The notes under the pieces are model-generated. The model saw only the letters and a list, made by a program, of their open reading frames with translations, was not told where the DNA came from and did no database searches. DNA of 64,000 nt, taken from NCBI GenBank assembly GCA_044344255.1, contig JBIJDH010000011.1:32001-96000 (forward strand). Reading direction: 5' to 3'. The DNA comes from Myxococcota bacterium (GTDB taxonomy: Bacteria > Myxococcota_A > UBA796 > UBA2385). Shown piece by piece: positions 1-7,337 of this stretch. The translations under genes were made by a program, and so were the position numbers. Each line of letters opens with the position of its first letter. Positions within the stretch are counted from its first letter, which is position 1.

Positions 1-115
1 CGGTGGAGCTTGAGGCCGCCACCACCACGAGCTCGGCGTCGGTCGTGGCCTCGATCCGCCCGACGGCGGCCTCGACGGCTGCGGCGAAGCGGGGATCGTG
101 GAGGGGCAAGGTCAC
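1..115 (-). CDS. N-terminal part of a TPM (DUF477-like) domain protein, truncated by the window edge
   Basis: Own translation of the minus strand from GTG at 115: MTLPLHDPRFAAAVEAAVGRIEATTDAELVVVAASSST, resembling the 'AV..aE..T.aEivvvva..S' start of TPM-domain membrane proteins. Not in the ORF track because it is partial. Confidence 0.55.
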   Translation of the reverse strand, partial: MTLPLHDPRFAAAVEAAVGRIEATTDAELVVVAASSST

Positions 116-268
116 CTCGGAGCAGGGAGACACGTCCAGCCGCCCCGGCGGGCCGAGGAGCGCAACCCCCTAATCCCGCCCGCGCCGGCAGCGCACCCGG
201 AAGCAGAGGGCACAGGCACAGCTACGCTCCGCGAGATATTTTCATGCCGACCCTCCACCGGAGCGCCC

Positions 269-1330
269 TTGACCGCGGTCCACTCCACTCCGAGCTCGAT
301 CAGCGCCGTGGCCTACCGCACGGTCGCGTCCCTCGCCTCTCCCGGCGCCGTGGAGGTGAGCCGCGCCGGCGTCACCGACCGGCGAGGCGCCTCGCCCGCC
401 GCGCGCGCCTGCGAGCGGTGCCCCAATTGCGACTGCAGCGCCGTGTCCGTCTCGATCTCCGACGAGGCCCGCGACGCCGCGACCCGCCGCGCCGCCCTGA
501 GCGAGCTCGCAGTGACGGAGCCCGGCCTGAGCCCGGTCGAGGTCGCCCTGAAGGTCGAAGGGCGGGTGACGGGGGTGGCGCCCTTCGAGGAGATCGCCGC
601 CCCCGCCGAGGCCACCGAGGCCACCGAGGCCACCGAGGCCACCGAGGCCACCGAGGCCACCGAGGTCGCCCCCGGCCCGGAGGCCGCCGAGGCCGAACCG
701 ACGACCCGCGAGGCTGGGGGCCGCGCCGCCGGCGAGCCGCTCACCGCCGAGGAGCAAGCGATGGTCGCCCAGCTCCGCGCCCGGGACACGGCGGTCCGGG
801 CCCACGAGGCCGCCCACAAGGCCGCAGGTGGCGGCGCCACCGGGGCCGTCTCCTTCAGCTTCCAGGTCGGCCCAGACGGCCAACGGTACGCCGTGGGTGG
901 CGAGGTGGGGGTCAGCCTGTCCGGTGGGGGCAGCCCCGAGGAGGTCATCCGGCGCGCCGAGCAGGTCCGGGCCGCCGCCCTCGCGCCGGCCGATCCCTCC
1001 GGACAGGACCGCGCCGTCGCCGCCGCCGCGTCGGCGGTCGCCGCGCAGGCCCGGGCAGAGCTGGCCCGACAGACCCTCGAGGAGGCCAAGGGCTCGGAGT
1101 CCGCACCGGAAGACGGCGCCCCCAGCGTGTCCCCCTCCGCGACGCCCGCTGGCAGCGCACGTGAGCCGAGCAGCGCGGTCGAGCCGAGCAGCGCGGTCGA
1201 GCCGGGCGCTCGGACCGCCCCCCCGGCCGAACCGGAGGGCGCGCCTGGCTTCCTGACCGGCACCGCCGCCGAGGCCCAGATGCGCCTCCCCGACCTTGAG
1301 CAGGCCTACCGCGAGGCCCTCGGCGGCTGA
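269..1330 (+). CDS. SprA-related family protein (putative metalloprotease, CJM1_0395-like)
   Basis: VRAHEAAHKAAGG...FQVGPDGQRYAVGGEV...AALAPADPSGQDRAVAA core. Likely start is TTG 269 after GGAG (ORF track starts at 98). N-terminal CERCPNCDC. Confidence 0.8.
   Translation: MTAVHSTPSSISAVAYRTVASLASPGAVEVSRAGVTDRRGASPAARACERCPNCDCSAVSVSISDEARDAATRRAALSELAVTEPGLSPVEVALKVEGRVTGVAPFEEIAAPAEATEATEATEATEATEATEVAPGPEAAEAEPTTREAGGRAAGEPLTAEEQAMVAQLRARDTAVRAHEAAHKAAGGGATGAVSFSFQVGPDGQRYAVGGEVGVSLSGGGSPEEVIRRAEQVRAAALAPADPSGQDRAVAAAASAVAAQARAELARQTLEEAKGSESAPEDGAPSVSPSATPAGSAREPSSAVEPSSAVEPGARTAPPAEPEGAPGFLTGTAAEAQMRLPDLEQAYREALGG
608..661 (+). repeat. 9-bp tandem repeat GAGGCCACC x6 encoding (EAT)6
   Basis: Read directly from the sequence; in-frame linker within the SprA-related CDS. 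Confidence 0.95.
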
Positions 1331-1358
1331 TCCGCCGGGCCCCCGCGGCTGCGGCGCG

Positions 1359-2636
1359 TCAGGGCAGCTCGCTCGGGGTCTTGAGGCTCGAGCCCATCCC
1401 CCCGCGGTCGGCCACCACCGACAGGAGCTTCGGGAGGTCGACCCCGAGCGCCCCCTTCAGCTCCTCGGTGATGCGCACGGCCTGCACACCCGCGCTGTTC
1501 GAGCCCGGGAGCACGGTCAGGCGGTCCACCTCAACGGTCTCGAGGGTGTTCGTCAGGCTGGTGAGCAGGGTCTGGAGCTTCTGCATCAAGAAGATGTCGC
1601 GGGCCTGATCTCCGCCGGCCTTCCAGGTGTGGACCATCTCGTCGAGCACCGAGACCGTCGCCCGCCCGTCTTCGATGATCTTCGACGCGCCGCCTCGCGC
1701 GTGGGCGATGCTGGCCTCCATCGCGGCGCGGGCCGGCTCGACGACGTCGGCCTGGAGCTGCCGGCGGGCCTGCTCGACGCGGGCCTCCTGCACCTTGAGG
1801 TCGGCCGTGGCGCGGGCGACGACGGCCCGCACCTGACCGACCTGCTCGGCCACCATCGCCGACTTTCGGGTGCGGGCGTCGACGATCCGCCGCTCGGTCT
1901 CGGAGCGGAGGACCTGCCGCTGGTTCTCGAGGGCGATGAGCCGCGCGCTCTTGTTGTTCTCCGACTCGCGGGTGCTGCTGATCGCCTTCGCCTCCGCCTC
2001 GGCGATACGCGCCGACTTCACCACCTCGGCCGACTGTTTACGGCCGGTGCTGGTGAGGTACTTCACCTCGTCGGAGACGTTCTGGATCTTCAGCGTGTCG
2101 AGCACGAGCCCGAGCTTGCTCAGATCGTGCTCGGCCTCGTCGAGGAGCTTGCTGGCAAAGACGTTCTTGTCTTCGTTGACCTGCTCCGGCGTGAGCTGCG
2201 AGAGCACGCCGCGGAGGTTGCCCTCGAGGGTGTCCTTGGCGATCTTCATGATGTCGGCGCGGTCCCGGCCGAGGAAGCGCTCGATCGCGTTGGAGAGGGC
2301 GGGCTCGTGGCCCGCCACCTTGAGGTTGGCCACCCCATGAACAGAGAGCGGGATGCCCCCCTTCGAGTAGGCGTTCGACACGCTGAGCTCGATGATCATG
2401 TTGGTGAGGTCCATGCGGTCTACCGTCTCGAAGAGGGGGATGCGATAGCCGCGCCCCCCCTTGATCACCCGGTAGCCCTTGACCTCCCGCCCCTCGCGGA
2501 CCCGCGCCCCCGAGAACACCAGGGCCTCGTTCGGACCACAGATGTAGATGAGGTTCCGAACCACGAGCAGGAAGGCGCCGAAGGCCGCGCCGCCGACCAC
2601 GACGAGCGCCACGAGCACACTGAGGAACTCGAACAT
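1359..2636 (-). CDS. Flotillin / SPFH domain protein (paralog 2)
   Basis: N-terminal TM; PNEALVFSG, AYSKGGIPLSVHGVANLKV, TLEGNLRGVLSQLTPEQVNED; AEA-rich coiled coil. ATG 2636 with AGGAG RBS immediately after the upstream stop. Confidence 0.9.
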   Translation of the reverse strand: MFEFLSVLVALVVVGGAAFGAFLLVVRNLIYICGPNEALVFSGARVREGREVKGYRVIKGGRGYRIPLFETVDRMDLTNMIIELSVSNAYSKGGIPLSVHGVANLKVAGHEPALSNAIERFLGRDRADIMKIAKDTLEGNLRGVLSQLTPEQVNEDKNVFASKLLDEAEHDLSKLGLVLDTLKIQNVSDEVKYLTSTGRKQSAEVVKSARIAEAEAKAISSTRESENNKSARLIALENQRQVLRSETERRIVDARTRKSAMVAEQVGQVRAVVARATADLKVQEARVEQARRQLQADVVEPARAAMEASIAHARGGASKIIEDGRATVSVLDEMVHTWKAGGDQARDIFLMQKLQTLLTSLTNTLETVEVDRLTVLPGSNSAGVQAVRITEELKGALGVDLPKLLSVVADRGGMGSSLKTPSELP

Positions 2637-2637
2637 C

Positions 2638-3975
2638 TCAGGACTCCTGACGGGCGGGGCCCGCTCCGATGAGGGGGTCATGCACCTGCACAGAGCCCAA
2701 CGGGCGCACCGCTCCGGAGAGCATGCCCGTGACGTCCACGCCGGTCGAGCCCTTGAGCTCGTCGAGCACGGCGCGGACGCTGGCGGGGAAGCTCGCGATG
2801 TGCCGAGGGAGGGTGGTGCCGTCGCCGCCGTCGATGAGGTTGACCTCGCCGATCGCGACCTTCGAGACCCGAGTGACCACGGTCTTCAGCACCGTCTCGA
2901 GCTGCTGGATGAGGAAGATGTCGCGGGCGTCGGGCCCGGCGGCGAGCCAGGTGTCGGTCATCATCTGGAGCACGTCGGCCATCGCCTTGCCGCTCTCGGC
3001 GATCGCGGCCGCGTCCCCACGGGCGCGCAGGGCGGCGGCCTCCTGGGCGGCCTGGGCGGGGAGCACGACGTCAGCCTGCAGGCGCAGGTGCTCGAGCTGG
3101 CGCCGGATGTCCTGGAGCTCGGCCTCGGCCTCGGCGCGGGCCTGCCGCCAGGCGGCCTCGGCCTGCTCCTCTTCCGTGCGGGCTTCGGCCTCGAGCTCCG
3201 CCTTGAGCTGGCGGACCGAGTTCTCGGCCTGGACCACGATCGTCTCGGCGTTCTGTCGCGCGACGGTGGCCACCTTGGTCGACTCGCTCTCGATCTTCTG
3301 GGCCTCGGTGAGCGCGAAGCTCTCGGCCATCTCGGCGTCGCGCACCACCTCGGCGATGCGCTTACGGCCGATGCTGTCGAGGTAGTTTCGATCGTCAGCC
3401 ACGTGCTGCACCTTGAGGGTGTCGAGCTGGAGACCGAGCTTGTGGAAGTCGTTGCCGGCCTCCTCGACGAGGGCGTCGGCGAACTTCAGCCGGTCCTCGT
3501 TGACCTCCTCCGGCGTCAGCGTGGCGAGCACGCCGCGGAGGTGCCCCTCCAAGGTCTCTTTGGCCACTCGGCGGATCTCGGCGGGGTCGCGCCCGAGGAA
3601 GCGCTCGATCGCGTTCCGCACCACCGCCGGCTGCGCGGAGACCTTCACGTTGGCCACCGCGTGAACGGACAGGGTGATGCCGCCCTTGGAGAAGGCGTTG
3701 GCGACCTTGACCTCGACGGGGATGGTGGAGAGGTCCATCCGGGCGACCTGCTCGATGAGGGGCCAGCGGAAGGAGCGCCCGCCCCCGATCAGCTCGCGGT
3801 AGCCGCGCACCGTCCCGTCGGCCATCGTCTGCTGACGACCGGAGAAGATGAGCACCTCGTTCGGCCGCCCGATGAAGAGGAACTGCCGCACGAAGGCGAT
3901 AAAGAGGACGACACCGACCGCGATGCCGACCCCCGCCACAAGCGCGGAGAAGAGTGTTGCGATGATCTCTTGCAC
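2638..3975 (-). CDS. Flotillin / SPFH domain protein (paralog 1)
   Basis: N-terminal TM; PNEVLIFSG, AFSKGGITLSVHAVANVKV, TLEGHLRGVLATLTPEEVNED; coiled coil. Confidence 0.9.
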   Translation of the reverse strand: MQEIIATLFSALVAGVGIAVGVVLFIAFVRQFLFIGRPNEVLIFSGRQQTMADGTVRGYRELIGGGRSFRWPLIEQVARMDLSTIPVEVKVANAFSKGGITLSVHAVANVKVSAQPAVVRNAIERFLGRDPAEIRRVAKETLEGHLRGVLATLTPEEVNEDRLKFADALVEEAGNDFHKLGLQLDTLKVQHVADDRNYLDSIGRKRIAEVVRDAEMAESFALTEAQKIESESTKVATVARQNAETIVVQAENSVRQLKAELEAEARTEEEQAEAAWRQARAEAEAELQDIRRQLEHLRLQADVVLPAQAAQEAAALRARGDAAAIAESGKAMADVLQMMTDTWLAAGPDARDIFLIQQLETVLKTVVTRVSKVAIGEVNLIDGGDGTTLPRHIASFPASVRAVLDELKGSTGVDVTGMLSGAVRPLGSVQVHDPLIGAGPARQES

Positions 3976-3996
3976 GGACGACCTCCGGAGCCGACT

Positions 3997-4686
3997 CTAC
4001 GGCGCCGCGGTGAGGTTGTTGCGGAGCGCGGTGACCTCGGCCACCCCCTCCTCGATGGAGACGATGAGCACAGTGTCGTTGGCCCGAATGGGCGCGATGT
4101 CGTGGGTGCGGGCGAGGAGATCGACCGTCGAGCCGCCGAGCAGGGCCCGGATCTTGCCCGTCTGGTGCGCCTCGATGGGGAGCAGCGCCTTGGCCTCACC
4201 GCCGCGCAGCTTCCCGAGCGTGGTCTCGGTGCCGACGTTGCTCGACTGCAGTCGCCGAAAGGCGGCGGCGACCACCCCGCCGACCCCCACGCCGATCACC
4301 GCCGAGACCGGGGCCGCGATGAGGGTCGCCTGACCGAGGAGCGTGAGCAGGAGGCCGCTGAGGCCGAAGCTCGCGAGGCCGAAGGTCCAGAAGCGCATCG
4401 AGAGGAAGGGCAGCCAGGGGCCCGCGCCGGCCGGCCCTTCGACATGGACCGCATCTCCGTGCCCGCTCACGGTGAGCGCACCGTCGCCCGCGCCATGGCC
4501 GACGTCGCCGTGGCCAACGTCGCCATGGCCGACGTCTCCATGATCGAGACCGCCGTGATCGAGGCCGCCGTGGTCCACGTCGCCGTGGAGGTCGCCCTCG
4601 GACTCACCCGCGTCACCGCCCGAGAGGGCCCCGACACCGACCAGGATCCCCCCCGCCACCAAGGCAACCACGTAGAGCGCAAGCAT
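3997..4686 (-). CDS. NfeD/YqiJ-like flotillin partner with His-rich loop
   Basis: TM helices; PFLSMRFWTFGLASFG; C-terminal OB-like GKIRALLGG...VLIVSIEEGVAEV; directly upstream of two flotillins. Confidence 0.8.
   Translation of the reverse strand: MLALYVVALVAGGILVGVGALSGGDAGESEGDLHGDVDHGGLDHGGLDHGDVGHGDVGHGDVGHGAGDGALTVSGHGDAVHVEGPAGAGPWLPFLSMRFWTFGLASFGLSGLLLTLLGQATLIAAPVSAVIGVGVGGVVAAAFRRLQSSNVGTETTLGKLRGGEAKALLPIEAHQTGKIRALLGGSTVDLLARTHDIAPIRANDTVLIVSIEEGVAEVTALRNNLTAAP
4492..4587 (-). repeat. Degenerate 15-bp repeat encoding seven His at 5-aa spacing (HGDVD/HGGLD/HGDVG)
   Basis: Read directly from the translation. Confidence 0.85.
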
Positions 4687-4782
4687 GGCGACCTATAGCG
4701 CGGCGCGCCCCCCGTGGGGAGTTCGAGTCGCCGATTCCCGGGGACCTCTGCGCCGATCACATGAGCGCTCCGCCCCCAGGTG

Positions 4783-4812
4783 TTGACAACGGAGGGCTCA
4801 ATCCGGTAAGGG
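4783..4812 (+). promoter_or_regulatory. Possible sigma70-type promoter for the pal operon
   Basis: TTGACA (4783-4788), 18 nt spacer, TAAGGG. Perfect -35, weak -10. Confidence 0.3.
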
Positions 4813-4904
4813 GTTGTCCCCACCGGTGGGTTCCCGCCCACCTCCCGCTCCCGCTGGGTACCTCAACCCCCGGCGCCGCCCCCCCTCCGCCTTGCGGGTC
4901 TGCC

Positions 4905-5645
4905 ATGCGCCTCCCCCGGTCGCTCCGCTTCCCCCTCCTGATCGCCCTGTTCCCGGTCCTCTTCGCTGGAAAGTGCAAGAAGAAGGACCCCGAGATCGTG
5001 GACACCACGCCCACCGACGTCAACACGCCGGAGGTGAAGCTCCAGGTCGTCAGCATCGAGCCCGCCGAGGTCGAGCCCGACAGCGCCTTCCGCGGCATCG
5101 TCTACGGCAGCGGCTTCCAGTCCGGGGCCCGCGTCTGGCTCGGGAGCACCGAGGTCGCCTCCGTCACCTTCCGCGACGAGAACACCCTCGCCCTCTCGGC
5201 GCCCCCGCTCAGCGAGGGCAGCTACGACGTCAAGGTGCTCAACGGCGATGGCGAGAAGGCGATGCTGCGCGGCGGCCTCTCCGTGCGCGGCCGCACCGAC
5301 GCCGCGGCGGGGCTCAACTGCGGCCTCATCCGCGTGCGCTTCGACTTCGACAAGTCCTCGATCACCACCGACTCTGACCGCGAGCTCACGCGCAACCTCC
5401 CCTGCTTCACCTCCCGCTCGGGGCAGGTGCGCATCGAGGGGCACTGCGACGAGCGCGGCACCACCGAGTACAACATCGCGCTGGGTCAGCGGCGCGGCGA
5501 CGCCGTCAACAAGTGGCTGGTCGGCCATGGCGTGCCGCCCAGCCGCCTCCGCACCGTCTCCTACGGGGAGGAGCGCCCGGTCGACCCCGGGCACTCCGAG
5601 GCCGCCTGGTCTCAGAACCGTCGCGCCGACGTCTCTGCCCAGTAG
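4905..5645 (+). CDS. pal: Peptidoglycan-associated lipoprotein (OmpA/Pal family) with an inserted IPT/TIG-like domain
   Basis: FDFDKS...IEGHCDERGTTEYNIALGQRR...SYGEERP...WSQNRR. Signal peptide ending FAGKC; middle VVSIEP...GSGF...GSYDVKVLNGDG is IPT/TIG-like. Confidence 0.8.
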   Translation: MRLPRSLRFPLLIALFPVLFAGKCKKKDPEIVDTTPTDVNTPEVKLQVVSIEPAEVEPDSAFRGIVYGSGFQSGARVWLGSTEVASVTFRDENTLALSAPPLSEGSYDVKVLNGDGEKAMLRGGLSVRGRTDAAAGLNCGLIRVRFDFDKSSITTDSDRELTRNLPCFTSRSGQVRIEGHCDERGTTEYNIALGQRRGDAVNKWLVGHGVPPSRLRTVSYGEERPVDPGHSEAAWSQNRRADVSAQ

Positions 5646-5654
5646 GAGCCAGCC

Positions 5655-6608
5655 GTGACCCTCACCCCCACGCCCACCTCCAGGCCCACCTCCAGGCCCT
5701 CCGTCGCGCCCTCGCGCCTCGCCCTCGGGCTCGCCCTGGCCTTGCTGCCGGCCTGCGTGCTCGACCGCTCCGGCCAGTCCGCCTCTGAGCAGTATCGACG
5801 CGAGCTCGCCCTCCAGGGCAGCCGCGTCGGCAACCTCGAGGGCCAGTTCGACAAGGTCGACGCTCGCGTCGCCCAGCTCGAGGAGCTCTCCCGAGCCCGC
5901 GGCCAGGAGGAGATCCAGCGCATGGAGACCCTCGACGAGGTCCGCGGTGAGGTGGGTCGGATCCGCGGCGACCTCGAGGTGCTGCGCCACGAGTACCAGC
6001 AGACCTCCACCGACTCCTACAGCCGCGGCGAGGACTCCACCTTCCGCCTCACCTGGCTGGAGATGCGGGCCGAGGCGGTCGAGAAGTCGCTCGGCGTGAA
6101 GCCGCCGCCGCCGCCCACCCGCGAGGCCACGAGCGGCACCCCCGCCGCCACGGGCACCGCAGGCGCCGCCGGCACCGCCACCACCCCGGCGACCCCCGCC
6201 AAGGCCACCGACCCCGCCAGCGACACCGGGCAGAACGTCACCGATCCCGACGCGATGCTGAAGCTCGCCGAGGAGCACCTCGCCGAGGGCCGAGAGAAGG
6301 CCGCCATCGCGGTCCTCGACCGCTTCATCAAGCAGTTCCCCGACAACAAGCGCGTCCCCGAGGCGCACTACCGTCGCGCCGAGGCCGAGTTCAACGCCAA
6401 GAACTACCCGGCCGCCGTGCTGCGCTTCCAAGAGGTGATCGACAAGTACCGGTCGAGCCCCTGGTCCTCCTGGGCGATGCTGCGCCAAGGGGAGTGTTTT
6501 GAGGCGCAAGGCCAGAAGGACAACGCGCGACTGTTCTACGAGGACGTCGTGCGCCTGTGGCCGAAGAGCAAGGCCGCCAAAGAGGCCAAGACCCACCTCG
6601 GCAAGTAG
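5655..6608 (+). CDS. cpoB: Tol-Pal system protein CpoB/YbgF-like (lipoprotein, coiled coil + TPR)
   Basis: LPAC lipobox; N-terminal coiled coil; C-terminal TPR (FIKQFPDNKRVPEAHY...VVRLWPKSKAAKEA); directly after pal. Confidence 0.75.
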   Translation: MTLTPTPTSRPTSRPSVAPSRLALGLALALLPACVLDRSGQSASEQYRRELALQGSRVGNLEGQFDKVDARVAQLEELSRARGQEEIQRMETLDEVRGEVGRIRGDLEVLRHEYQQTSTDSYSRGEDSTFRLTWLEMRAEAVEKSLGVKPPPPPTREATSGTPAATGTAGAAGTATTPATPAKATDPASDTGQNVTDPDAMLKLAEEHLAEGREKAAIAVLDRFIKQFPDNKRVPEAHYRRAEAEFNAKNYPAAVLRFQEVIDKYRSSPWSSWAMLRQGECFEAQGQKDNARLFYEDVVRLWPKSKAAKEAKTHLGK

Positions 6609-6619
6609 CCAGGAGCCCC

Positions 6620-7324
6620 ATGGCGACGCTCTATTTCAAGCAGCTCCTCGCGGGCCGTGACTTCGGGCGCAGCAACTTTGCCGCCGCTCAGATGCAGAAC
6701 TTCGTCTACCTGATCGGAGATCGCGACACCGGAGAGGCCGTCGTGGTCGATCCCGCCTGGGCCATCGACGAGCTCTGCGACACGGTCGAGGCCGACGGGA
6801 TGAAGCTCGTGGGCGCCCTCGGCACCCACTACCACCCCGACCACATCGGCGGCACGATGTTCGGCTTCACGGTGGAGGGCCTCCCCCGGCTGCTGGCCCG
6901 TTGCCCCGTGCCGGTGCACATCCACCGCCTCGAGGCGGAGGGGGTCCGAAAGGTGACCGGGCTCTCCGAGAGCGACCTCGTCAAGCACGACTCCGGCGAC
7001 AAGGTGCGCGTCGGCGACGTGGAGATCGAGCTCCTGCACACGCCTGGGCACACGCCAGGCTCGCTCTGCTTCCGCCTGAAGGACGCGATCGTGGCGGGAG
7101 ACACGCTCTTCCTCCAGGGCTGCGGCCGGGTCGACCTCCCCGGCGGCGACTCCGAGCAGATGTACGAGACCCTCACGAAGCGGCTCGCCACCCTCCCCGC
7201 AGACACCATCCTCTACCCCGGCCACGCCTACGGGGGTGAGCACGCCGACATGGGCACAGTCCGGCGCACCAACGCGTACCTCCGGGTGCCGAACCTCCAG
7301 GCTTGGCGCCGAATGATGGGCTGA
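6620..7324 (+). CDS. MBL-fold metallo-hydrolase (glyoxalase II-like)
   Basis: THYHPDHIGG, HTPGHTPGS, GDTLF..GCGR, YPGH; AGGAG RBS before ATG 6620. Confidence 0.9.
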   Translation: MATLYFKQLLAGRDFGRSNFAAAQMQNFVYLIGDRDTGEAVVVDPAWAIDELCDTVEADGMKLVGALGTHYHPDHIGGTMFGFTVEGLPRLLARCPVPVHIHRLEAEGVRKVTGLSESDLVKHDSGDKVRVGDVEIELLHTPGHTPGSLCFRLKDAIVAGDTLFLQGCGRVDLPGGDSEQMYETLTKRLATLPADTILYPGHAYGGEHADMGTVRRTNAYLRVPNLQAWRRMMG

Positions 7325-7337
7325 TGAGCCCCCTCGC

